From the IMG/VR virus record IMGVR_UViG_3300017774_003357, positions 1-25,154 of that record: DNA of 25,154 bases; one strand, given 5' to 3'. A program made the translations under genes and the position numbers. Positions 9,216 to 18,445 of this stretch are shown in pieces. Under the pieces are notes generated by a model. It was not told where the DNA came from and made no database searches. It was given only the letters and a program-made list of their open reading frames with translations. How positions within the stretch are numbered: the stretch's first letter is position 1; the number at the start of each line of letters is the position of its first letter. Origin of the DNA: a virus (taxonomy: Duplodnaviria; Caudoviricetes).

Positions 9216-9283
9216 TATTTATAATTAATAATGTAAAAATACTTATAAGTATTTTCTAAAATTTTTATTTAATTATATTTATT
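9216..9283 (+). promoter_or_regulatory. TATTTATA (9216-9223) and TATTTATT (9276-9283) motifs flanking a perfect palindrome upstream of gp6
   Basis: The second motif ends 14 nt before the ATG at 9298, the same spacing as at gp25. Confidence 0.45.
9236..9255. repeat. Perfect 20-bp palindrome AAAATACTTATAAGTATTTT
   Basis: The sequence equals its own reverse complement and lies in the gp25-gp6 spacer. Confidence 0.85.
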
Positions 9284-9297
9284 AATAAAATAAAAAT

Positions 9298-11118
9298 ATG
9301 GCAAATCAAGGTATATCATATAATGCTAGAAATTTCGCAGACGTAAGGTCTGAATTAATCAATTTTGTAAAACAATACTACCCAGATATCTTTGGTGATT
9401 TTAATGATGCATCAGTTGGTATGATGTTATTAGAATTAAATGCAGCTGTTGGTGATATGTTATCATTCCACACTGATAGAATGTTTCAAGAAACGCAAAT
9501 AGATTTTGCACAAGAAAGGAGTTCAATTTTATCCATGGCAAGAACCTATGGACTTAAAGTTCCAGGTAAAAGACCATCAGCATGCATTGTTGACTTTTCA
9601 TGTGTGGTACCAACATTAGGAGATAGTTTTGATATTTCATACGCACCATTAATGAGACAAGGTTCACAAGTTACTGGAGCTGGTAAAGTATTTGAAACAA
9701 CTCAAGATGTTGATTTTTCATCACCATTTACAACTGGTGGTGTACCAAATAGATTGGTAGTACCAAATTTAGATAACAACGGTAATATATTGAGTTATAA
9801 ATTAACCAAAAGAGAAATGGTTATTAACGGTATTACAAAATATTATAAAAGAGTTTTAAACACATCAGATGTTAGACCATTTTTTGAAATAGTTTTACCA
9901 GAACAAGATGTTTTATCAGTATCATCAGTTATCATGTTAGATGGTACTGATTATAATGGTATACCAACTTTAAATCAATTTTTAAATGAAGATTTAAGAT
10001 GGTATGAAATGGATGCATTAGCTGACGATACCGTTTTTATACCAAACAACTCAGCAATTAGTGATAACGCTGGTGTAAAACCAGGTAAATACAAAAGAGT
10101 TGTTCAAAAATTTATTACTGAATATACAAACAACGGATTTATTAAGTTAATATTTGGTGGTGGAACTCAAGATATTAGTTCATTATCAGAATTTGGGGTT
10201 GACCCAACTTTAGTATCTAAAATTGGTGACTTTATTAATAATTCATCACTTGGTGTTACACCAACAGCAAATAGAACTATGTTTGTTAAATATAGGACTG
10301 GTGGTGGTTCTGCAACTAATTTAGGTCCAAATGTTTTAACTCAATTAGGTATTTCTGATATTATAATTAATGGTTTATCACCAGCGATGAATACAAGTGT
10401 TAGAAACTCAATAAGAGTTAATAACCCAATACCAGCATTAGGTGGTAAAGATGAACCATCAGTTGAAGAATTAAGAAACTTAGTTAGATATAATTTTTCA
10501 TCACAAAATAGAGCTGTAACAATTAGTGATTACCAAACTAGAATTGCTTTAATGTCAGGTGAATTCGGAACACCATTTAGATGTAGTGTTTTTGAAGAAC
10601 AAAATAAAATTAAAATTTACACAGTTGGTTTAGATAGTAATGGTAAATTAAGTAATCAATCAACAACAACATTACAAAACAATATTGCAACTTATTTATC
10701 TGATTATAGAATGATAAATGATTACATTGAAATTAGTAATGCTAAAATAATTAATATAGCTTTTGAAATTGATTTGGCAATTGAAAAACAATATCCGCAA
10801 GCGCAAATAGTAACTGAAGCAATAAATAAAACAAAATCCTATTTTGAAATATCAAAATGGAATATGGGTGATGATATATACCTAGGTCAATTAGTTGAAA
10901 CTATTAATAACATTGCTGGTGTATTAAATGTTATTGATGTAAGGGTTTATAATAAAGTTGGTGGAGCATATTACTCACCAAATGAAATTTCCCAACCATA
11001 TTTTGACACGGAAAGTAAACAAATTGATTTATTAAGCGATTATAAATTATTTGGTGAACCAAATGCGATGTTTGAAATTAAAAGACCAGATTTTGATATT
11101 ATGGTAAGAGTTAAATAG
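9298..11118 (+). CDS. gp6: Baseplate wedge subunit, T4 gp6 / baseplate J-like
   Basis: N-terminal RNFADVRSELINF, AQERSSILSMARTYG, and GGKDEPSVEELR...FSSQNRAVTISDY motif typical of gp6/gpJ. About 600 aa, following gp25. Confidence 0.88.
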   Translation: MANQGISYNARNFADVRSELINFVKQYYPDIFGDFNDASVGMMLLELNAAVGDMLSFHTDRMFQETQIDFAQERSSILSMARTYGLKVPGKRPSACIVDFSCVVPTLGDSFDISYAPLMRQGSQVTGAGKVFETTQDVDFSSPFTTGGVPNRLVVPNLDNNGNILSYKLTKREMVINGITKYYKRVLNTSDVRPFFEIVLPEQDVLSVSSVIMLDGTDYNGIPTLNQFLNEDLRWYEMDALADDTVFIPNNSAISDNAGVKPGKYKRVVQKFITEYTNNGFIKLIFGGGTQDISSLSEFGVDPTLVSKIGDFINNSSLGVTPTANRTMFVKYRTGGGSATNLGPNVLTQLGISDIIINGLSPAMNTSVRNSIRVNNPIPALGGKDEPSVEELRNLVRYNFSSQNRAVTISDYQTRIALMSGEFGTPFRCSVFEEQNKIKIYTVGLDSNGKLSNQSTTTLQNNIATYLSDYRMINDYIEISNAKIINIAFEIDLAIEKQYPQAQIVTEAINKTKSYFEISKWNMGDDIYLGQLVETINNIAGVLNVIDVRVYNKVGGAYYSPNEISQPYFDTESKQIDLLSDYKLFGEPNAMFEIKRPDFDIMVRVK

Positions 11119-11161
11119 TTTACTTTATAAGTAAAAGTAGTTATTATTAAATAAAAGTTTT

Positions 11162-11467
11162 ATGAGTTGTAATTGTAAAAGTAGTAAAATTGTAGAATCA
11201 CTTTCTACAGATGAAAAAACCTTAGGTGGTAAATTAAAAAAATATACATTTAATTTTATTAAATACTTATTAGTGATAGCAATATCAGCTATTTTAGTAA
11301 TACCAGTATTACTTATAGTATTATTTAGAGTTATCGTTTTAAATAAAAATGAAATTGATGTATTACCATCCATGTTAAAAATTTTTAAATCAAATAAGGG
11401 TAATGACTCTAATTATGACAAAATGTTTGATGAGGTTGATTTATTAAATAATGTTGAATCAAAATAA
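11162..11467 (+). CDS. Small predicted membrane protein (101 aa) with N-terminal CxC
   Basis: Hydrophobic stretch YLLVIAISAILVIPVLLIVLFRVIVL preceded by basic residues; starts MSCNCK; stop lies 4 nt before the next ATG. Confidence 0.75.
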   Translation: MSCNCKSSKIVESLSTDEKTLGGKLKKYTFNFIKYLLVIAISAILVIPVLLIVLFRVIVLNKNEIDVLPSMLKIFKSNKGNDSNYDKMFDEVDLLNNVESK

Positions 11468-11471
11468 ATAA

Positions 11472-14400
11472 ATGTCAAATATAAGGGTAAGAACAACACC
11501 AGGTGGTGAAGATAAATTTATAAACGTAAAGATAGACCAAAAGTTTGACTTTATAGAGATATTATCATTAAAATTATCACAAGAAGATGTATATAGAAAA
11601 TACTGTTCTAATTATGGTGTATTAGTTGGTAGAGTAACAGTTAATAATGGGTTTGGTGTACCAAATGCCAAAGTATCTATTTTTATACCAGTTGATGCTA
11701 TCGATAAAGAAGATAGTGAAATATTTGGTTTATACCCATACGAACAAGTTCAAGATAAAAATAGTGACGCATTAAGATATAACCTATTACCAAAAACTAA
11801 TGAAACTGATAATGATTGTTTCACACCAGTAGGTTCATTTTTCAACAAAAGAGAAGTACAAGATAACCCAGATATTGAATATGTTTATTGTAAATATTAT
11901 AAATTTACAACAACAACTAACTACGCTGGTGATTTCATGTTATTTGGTGTACCAGTTGGTAGTCACCAAATGCATGTTGATACTGATATATCAGATATTG
12001 GTATATTATCACAATTTCCTTATGATTTAATTAGAGAAGGTTCAAACGAAAATTTATTTGAAAGTACTGCTAAATTTAAACAAAGTGAAAATTTAAATAC
12101 ATTATCACAGATTAAATCCAGAACACCAATTAGTGTTAATATAAAACCATTTTGGGGTGATTTAGAACAATGTGAAGTAGGTATCACTAGAAATGATATT
12201 GACTTAGCAACAAATATAGTACCAAGTGCTATCTTTATGGGTAGTATATTTAGTGATGACGATAAGAGTGGTATAAACAAACGTTGTCAACCTAGAGCCA
12301 ACATGGGTAAATTTAAAAATGTAATTACTGGTGAAGGTAGGGTTGAAATGATTAGAAAATCACCTGATGGTTCAATAGAAAGATATGATGTTGAAGGTGG
12401 TGAATTAATTGATGAAAATGGAACTTGGGCTTATCAAGTACCAATGAATTTAGATTATATAACGACTGACGAATTTGGTAATATAACACCAACCGATGAC
12501 CCAAATAAGGGTATACCAACTAGAGCTAGAGTTAGATTTAGAGTGGGTATGAATACTAGTGGTAGTGAAGGTAGGTTGAGAAGTAGAGCGAAATATTTAA
12601 TACCACACAACCCACAAGTAATTGCTGATGTTGATTTTAATTTTAGTGAAAAAACTAGGGATGATAGTTTTACTGATTTATATTGGAATAAAATATATAC
12701 AGTTGCAAACCACATAACTAGATACGAAAGACAAGGAGCACCAAATCAATATATAGGTATAAAGGATATTGAAGACTCACAAAACACACCCTTTCCATTT
12801 AATAGACTTGATTTAAATATAAATGGAACGTCATATTTTTCATTTTATTTATTTCAAGTACTTTGTTTAATTTATAGTATTTTTATTGTTTTAATAGTAT
12901 TTGTAAATTTAATAGTTACCTCAATAAATGGTATTATACAAGTTATAAATGTTTTAATACCAGGTGATGGACCTATTAACTACATACCTTATATTGTAAT
13001 GAAATGTAATGAACAAAGATATTGTATAGGGTGTTGTCAGTCATGTCCAGGTTTTGATGCAACTGAAGACCCTAAAATAGCAGACCCAGTTGGTGGAAAA
13101 TGGTTAGATTGTATGTCTGCACAATTAGCACTAGCACTTAATATGGTAAAATTTAATTTTTACAATGACTGGGTTAATGGTTCATTATATGCGTTTTTAT
13201 ATAAAAGTAAAAAAAGAAAAAGAGGTAGAGGTAAAGACAAATTTTGTGATTGGAGCTGTGATGATTTAAATGACCCAACTGATAACAATGATGATGGTCA
13301 ACCAGATAATAATTGTGTTTCGGGGAAAGTATTTGATAATTGTACTAAAGCTGAACCACAAAACGGTAGTATTTTTGGAGAATCCCTTTATACATTCAAT
13401 GGTTTAATAAAGAAAAATAATGAAGAAGATGAATATTATTATGCTCCAATAACTAAAAGTGTAGCACTTATAGACCCAATAACTGGATTAATAACAACAG
13501 TAACACCAGGAATTAAATTATTTGCAACTAAAATTATTAATTTAGGTTCTGTATTTGATTGTGATTGGCAAGGAGTTCCAAAATTTTACCCATATTTGGT
13601 TGACACCACATATAACGTACCTAACGAAACTAAATTATATTATGATAGTAACGACCCAAATTATGCAAATGAATTGGAAGAAAATGGTTACGACAACTTG
13701 TTAGCAAGCATTACATGTGGTCTTGGTGTAATTGTAACTAAAAACCAATGTAATAATGCTAAAAGAATATGTGAAATTGGTATGGGTATAGATGAAGATA
13801 GAAGAGACCCAAACACAGGTACTGGTACGGGAGTTGATGGTAGAATGTTAAATAATGATATTGAAAATCCATGGATTAGAGGTTTATTCACATACCTAAA
13901 CTCAAATATAGTTACAACATCAATACCTTTAGTTTTTTTAGATAATGGATTTAGTTATAATTATTCAGCACCATATTATAAAGAATTTAGAGGTTATAAT
14001 TATTTAATATCAAATAACCCAACTATTTGGCAATTTGATAATTCTTATTATTTTTATTTTGGTATTAAACCTGGTGCTAGTGCATTACAAAAAATGTATA
14101 AAAAGTATTTTCCAGAATGTTATAGATATTCTAAAAATGAATTAACAATAATAATTGATGACCTCGTAGATGACAACCCAATTAACCCAGGTTCTGGTCA
14201 AATAACATTTCGTGTTAATGGTGGTGCTGAACCATATACTTATCAGTGGTTAGGACCAGTATACAGTGGAATTCAATATTTATGTCCAGACCCAAATAAT
14301 GGTTTAAATCAAGTTAATTGTGGTAATGAAGACGGTAGTCAGTTCGTATTAGATAATTTACTAGGTGGTCAATACACATTAATAGTTACTGATTCGAATG

Positions 14401-15809
14401 GATTCCAATCAACAACTACAGTTCAATTAAATGGATTTAATGGTGTTCAATGTGAATTAAATCCATCACCAGTTGATATTAATGGTAATGGTAAAGTAAT
14501 TGTTAATATAAATGGTGGTTCTAGTTCATACACAATAGAAATACAAGGTATAACTGATACATCATTTAATGTTCAATTACCAACATCAGCACTAAATTAC
14601 TGTTATGGTAATTGTGTAAGTAATTATCCAAATCAGGTAAATTCATTACCAGCTGGTGAATATATAGTAACTGTAACTGATACTGGTGTTCCAGTTACTA
14701 TTAATAATCAAACAACGATTGTATACTCACAATGTATTAAACCATTGTTAATTGGTCAACCAATGAATATTGCATTAAGTGTTGATATTACAGATGCACT
14801 ATGTTATAATGGATTTGGTCAAGGTCAAGTGTTAATAAATGGTGGTGTACCACCGTATGATATAAATTGGGAATTAACATCAACAAATAATTCAAATAAT
14901 CAAAATTTAGTTGGAACAACAATTTCAACTAATATTAACCCATCTAATTTACCATCTGGAACTTATAACGTAACAGTTGTTGATTTAGCTGGTAATATTC
15001 AAAATACAAGTACATTAGTTAATGAACCACAAGCAATAACAATTACAAATATAGTTGCAAATTCACCAGGATGTGCATTAAGCTCATCAGGTCATTTATC
15101 GTTTAATTTAAATGGTTCTAACCCACCTTATACTGTTGAGGTTTCTGGTGATATCATAGTATATGCGGATAATCAACCAAATGGTATTATTGAGTTCAAT
15201 AATTTACCATCAAGTCCTAACCCATATGTTATTAACGTTACAGATAATAATGGATGTCAAATCTTTAGTAATATTATCATACCAAATACATTACATGGTA
15301 ATTTAAATATTACAACAAATAGTGTATCATATGTAGATAATAACGGTAATAATGTTAGTAGAGTGATTGTAAGATTTAATGGTGGTAATGGTGGTCCTTA
15401 CCATTTCAGATTACCAAACGGTAACTGGGTTAATTTAGGTGACCCATATTCACAAACATTACCAGTAGTTAATCAATCAACATTTGTATTTGATTATCAA
15501 CTTTATCAATCATCAACACCATTAAATGGTTCACCAGCATACGAATTTCAATTCTGGGCTAGTTATGCACCTGGTGGGGCACAATTCTACCCATATAGTT
15601 TTGATTATTATTTAAGTGAAATGAATCAACAAGGAACATATGCAATATTTAGAGCTAAAGCAGCAGTAAGTAGCACTGGTACGGACATTGGGTCACAAGA
15701 TTCAGTTTATGGTGCAACAACACCTTACGGTTGTTATACATATAGAAATGCTAACGGAACTTCAGTAACTGGTTCATCACCACAAGGTGTATTATTAACA
15801 CAACCATAA
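11472..15809 (+). CDS. 1445-aa baseplate/tail-associated protein: N-terminal carboxypeptidase-regulatory-like beta-sandwich, internal hydrophobic segment, Cys-rich centre, C-terminal SprB-like Ig repeats
   Basis: GRVTVNNGFGVPNAKVSI...TTTNYAGDFMLFGVPVG (CarboxypepD_reg-like pattern); hydrophobic aa ~455-496; 4-5 repeats of G-x-I-x(3,4)-GG-x-x-PY-x-Y-x-W...NL-x-x-G-x-Y-x-V-x-VTD-x-NG. Located in the baseplate module. Confidence 0.7.
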   Translation: MSNIRVRTTPGGEDKFINVKIDQKFDFIEILSLKLSQEDVYRKYCSNYGVLVGRVTVNNGFGVPNAKVSIFIPVDAIDKEDSEIFGLYPYEQVQDKNSDALRYNLLPKTNETDNDCFTPVGSFFNKREVQDNPDIEYVYCKYYKFTTTTNYAGDFMLFGVPVGSHQMHVDTDISDIGILSQFPYDLIREGSNENLFESTAKFKQSENLNTLSQIKSRTPISVNIKPFWGDLEQCEVGITRNDIDLATNIVPSAIFMGSIFSDDDKSGINKRCQPRANMGKFKNVITGEGRVEMIRKSPDGSIERYDVEGGELIDENGTWAYQVPMNLDYITTDEFGNITPTDDPNKGIPTRARVRFRVGMNTSGSEGRLRSRAKYLIPHNPQVIADVDFNFSEKTRDDSFTDLYWNKIYTVANHITRYERQGAPNQYIGIKDIEDSQNTPFPFNRLDLNINGTSYFSFYLFQVLCLIYSIFIVLIVFVNLIVTSINGIIQVINVLIPGDGPINYIPYIVMKCNEQRYCIGCCQSCPGFDATEDPKIADPVGGKWLDCMSAQLALALNMVKFNFYNDWVNGSLYAFLYKSKKRKRGRGKDKFCDWSCDDLNDPTDNNDDGQPDNNCVSGKVFDNCTKAEPQNGSIFGESLYTFNGLIKKNNEEDEYYYAPITKSVALIDPITGLITTVTPGIKLFATKIINLGSVFDCDWQGVPKFYPYLVDTTYNVPNETKLYYDSNDPNYANELEENGYDNLLASITCGLGVIVTKNQCNNAKRICEIGMGIDEDRRDPNTGTGTGVDGRMLNNDIENPWIRGLFTYLNSNIVTTSIPLVFLDNGFSYNYSAPYYKEFRGYNYLISNNPTIWQFDNSYYFYFGIKPGASALQKMYKKYFPECYRYSKNELTIIIDDLVDDNPINPGSGQITFRVNGGAEPYTYQWLGPVYSGIQYLCPDPNNGLNQVNCGNEDGSQFVLDNLLGGQYTLIVTDSNGFQSTTTVQLNGFNGVQCELNPSPVDINGNGKVIVNINGGSSSYTIEIQGITDTSFNVQLPTSALNYCYGNCVSNYPNQVNSLPAGEYIVTVTDTGVPVTINNQTTIVYSQCIKPLLIGQPMNIALSVDITDALCYNGFGQGQVLINGGVPPYDINWELTSTNNSNNQNLVGTTISTNINPSNLPSGTYNVTVVDLAGNIQNTSTLVNEPQAITITNIVANSPGCALSSSGHLSFNLNGSNPPYTVEVSGDIIVYADNQPNGIIEFNNLPSSPNPYVINVTDNNGCQIFSNIIIPNTLHGNLNITTNSVSYVDNNGNNVSRVIVRFNGGNGGPYHFRLPNGNWVNLGDPYSQTLPVVNQSTFVFDYQLYQSSTPLNGSPAYEFQFWASYAPGGAQFYPYSFDYYLSEMNQQGTYAIFRAKAAVSSTGTDIGSQDSVYGATTPYGCYTYRNANGTSVTGSSPQGVLLTQP
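14130..15420 (+). repeat. Four clear plus one degenerate SprB-like protein repeats (boundaries approximate)
   Basis: GQITFRVNGGAEPYTYQW..NLLGGQYTLIVTDSNG; GKVIVNINGGSSSY..SLPAGEYIVTVTDTG; DALCYNGFGQGQVLINGGVPPYDINW..NLPSGTYNVTVVDLAG; SPGC..GHLSFNLNGSNPPY..NNLP..YVINVTDNNGC; VRFNGGNGGPY. Confidence 0.75.
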
Positions 15810-15822
15810 ATATTTATAAACA

Positions 15823-17601
15823 ATGGCAATAGGTAGAGTAACATATAAATTAAATAAAGAAACATCAAAAGGTTCAGCAAATAAAGATTCATACTTTAAT
15901 GTCAACCTAGATTCTGAAATTAAATTATTACCACCTGATAAGATAAATAAAATAGTTAATTTATACGACATCTTTTCAAGTGAACGAAATGCATCTAGCA
16001 GATACAGATTGATAAATACTATATTACCAGTTTTTAGTAATGTATTATTTAACATCACTGGTAATAAAGGACCATCAAATTTTACGGGTGTAAATGGTTT
16101 TGATTACGACACATCATATGGGTGGGAAACCTTTGATGGATTTACATTTAAAAATGACCCATTTAATAATGATTATAATGGTTTTGATACTATTACATAT
16201 TCAGAGTCTGTTCCAAAACACCTAAAAGAAATTAATGGTTGGTTTGGATTTTACAATCCAGACTATAGAAATACTGGTTTTTGTACTTTTTACGATTTAG
16301 AACCAAAAAGAACTAGATTTGATTTAAGTAGTGGTTTATTAGATAGAAATTGGCAATTAACAATAACATACCCATATGCTAACGATGGTGAGCATCATTT
16401 AGTTAAAAATGGTCTATTGATAACATCATCAGAAGTTAGGACATTAGGTGGTATTGAAATGATTAGTTTAGGTACTGCGGTACCACACAATTTAGTTGTT
16501 GGTGATACTGTTAGAATAACAGATATGAATAACAGTAATATGAATGGTGATTTTACAGTGTTATCTTTAGGTTTAGAAAATGGTGATAGTAAAGAAAATT
16601 TCTTTGTTATAAATGTTGATGCAAATATAGCAACAACTGGCCCATTTTTTACAACTGGTAGAATGAAAAGGTTGTATTATGGTAATGAAGTTAGATATTA
16701 CTTTAGAAAATTTAAAAAAATTAAAGGGTATGACACTCAATTAGAATTAACTCAAGATGATTATGAATCTTACCCATTATCATTTAGTAAAAATATTTAT
16801 AGTGACCAAAATTATCAAGTAGTGTTTAATGATGATATTGATGTTAGTAATTTAGTTGATAATTTAGGTAGACCATTGAGTGAGCTTTATTTAACAATTG
16901 TAAAAACAAAGTCAAAAAATTTATTCACTAAAGTTATATCTGGTGTTGATTTAGAAAATTATTTAGGTAACGTAAGAACATTAACTAATGATGATTTAAA
17001 TGTTAGTAACATAAGAAAAATGCATACGTCATCATTACCTTTAGCACCATTTCAAAGTCACACACCAATAGAAAGTAATGTATTAATATCTAACAATGAT
17101 TACTATGGTGATATATGTGAATACAGTAAATATGAAGCTAAAGAAACTATTTTATTACCAGTAATGCACAGATTCAATACTATTGATAGAGAAACAACAA
17201 TAGTTAAACCATTAAGTGATACAATTATAAATGGACCCAGATTTGAGGGTTATATGTATCAACCACATTACCAAATTAAAATAAGGCAATTTTCAAATTA
17301 TGTTGAGCAAGGTGATTCAACAGTTGTTGGTATACCAGAATATGCTGAAGATATGGGTGATGATAGATATTTATGGCGAGATTTATTAGATATTGGTTAT
17401 AATGACGGACAAGAAGAAACATTAGATTACCCATTTTTAAATAATGCACATTATTTATATAAGAATATATGTTTTGTTAATAAAAGACAAGACCCATTTG
17501 GAAACTATGGGTTATTATACACTAAAACGTACCCTATGGATATTTATGGAGACGGTACTAGTGATAAATTTACTATTAAAAATTCTGGAGATGTCTGTTA
17601 A
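15823..17601 (+). CDS. Hypothetical virion structural protein (592 aa) with an inserted small beta-barrel (E1 FCCH-like pattern)
   Basis: Long ORF in the baseplate cluster; contains TAVPHNLVVGDTVRI..MNGDFTV; TATTTATA at 15811-15818 lies just upstream. Confidence 0.7.
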   Translation: MAIGRVTYKLNKETSKGSANKDSYFNVNLDSEIKLLPPDKINKIVNLYDIFSSERNASSRYRLINTILPVFSNVLFNITGNKGPSNFTGVNGFDYDTSYGWETFDGFTFKNDPFNNDYNGFDTITYSESVPKHLKEINGWFGFYNPDYRNTGFCTFYDLEPKRTRFDLSSGLLDRNWQLTITYPYANDGEHHLVKNGLLITSSEVRTLGGIEMISLGTAVPHNLVVGDTVRITDMNNSNMNGDFTVLSLGLENGDSKENFFVINVDANIATTGPFFTTGRMKRLYYGNEVRYYFRKFKKIKGYDTQLELTQDDYESYPLSFSKNIYSDQNYQVVFNDDIDVSNLVDNLGRPLSELYLTIVKTKSKNLFTKVISGVDLENYLGNVRTLTNDDLNVSNIRKMHTSSLPLAPFQSHTPIESNVLISNNDYYGDICEYSKYEAKETILLPVMHRFNTIDRETTIVKPLSDTIINGPRFEGYMYQPHYQIKIRQFSNYVEQGDSTVVGIPEYAEDMGDDRYLWRDLLDIGYNDGQEETLDYPFLNNAHYLYKNICFVNKRQDPFGNYGLLYTKTYPMDIYGDGTSDKFTIKNSGDVC

Positions 17602-18445
17602 CAGTTATAAAATAAATTTTAATAAATTCGGTAATTTAACTGGTTCAACAATTAATATCCCATTAAATATGGAATTCCAATTGGTTGACCAAGATGAAAT
17701 TGTTAGAAGAAAATTTGTTGAAAATGAAATAAAAAATAATATAAATCCAATATTGGATTATGAAAAATGTAAATTTATACCAATAATACCATTTGATGGT
17801 AATATCGGTATAGTTAACACAATTAGTTATAATTTACATTTTTTGAATTCATTAAATCAGTATAACCAAAATAGTTTTTATGGTGATATTGGTTTTAATA
17901 GTTCAGATATAAAATTTAGAAAAAAATCATATACCAAGAGTTTTTTAAGATTAAACTTTTATGATACTGATATAACAACAACACAAAGGTTATTATTTTT
18001 TGTAACTCTATTCCCAAGATTAAGCCTGACTGATTTTTCAGTGGGTCCATTACCACCTTGGGGTACAATAACAAGTGTTAATGCATTAAAAACTAACTTT
18101 ATTTTAGGTGATGTATTGGTTAACAAAGATTTTAATAGTGAGGGTTATGTTTTATATTATTTTAGAGATGAATTGGTTAATGCTCCTAAGGAATTATATA
18201 TGTCAGCTGAATTTAATAATGCAAAAAATGGTTCAACAACTAGATTTATGTCAACTAGTAATACAAATATACCAATTGATGAATTACTTAATCAATCAAA
18301 CAACATAAATAACTTATTTACAAAATATATATTAAATAAAGTTAACAATAGATATACTTATGAATTAGACATTACGTATTCTAATAATGTTCAATTAAAT
18401 AATAACAATTATATTATTGATTTATATCAAATACATGCAATTTAA
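17591..18445 (+). CDS. Hypothetical virion structural protein (~284 aa, MSVNSYKINF...)
   Basis: The ORF track starts at 17444, which overlaps the previous gene by 158 nt. The in-frame ATG at 17591 gives an 11-nt overlap, more typical of coupled genes. Confidence 0.7.
   Translation: MSVNSYKINFNKFGNLTGSTINIPLNMEFQLVDQDEIVRRKFVENEIKNNINPILDYEKCKFIPIIPFDGNIGIVNTISYNLHFLNSLNQYNQNSFYGDIGFNSSDIKFRKKSYTKSFLRLNFYDTDITTTQRLLFFVTLFPRLSLTDFSVGPLPPWGTITSVNALKTNFILGDVLVNKDFNSEGYVLYYFRDELVNAPKELYMSAEFNNAKNGSTTRFMSTSNTNIPIDELLNQSNNINNLFTKYILNKVNNRYTYELDITYSNNVQLNNNNYIIDLYQIHAI

Noticed and set aside
17444-17590. N-terminal 49 aa of the 333-aa ORF as given in the track
   Set aside because: Overlaps the upstream gene by 158 nt and reads like off-frame sequence; ATG 17591 is the more plausible start.
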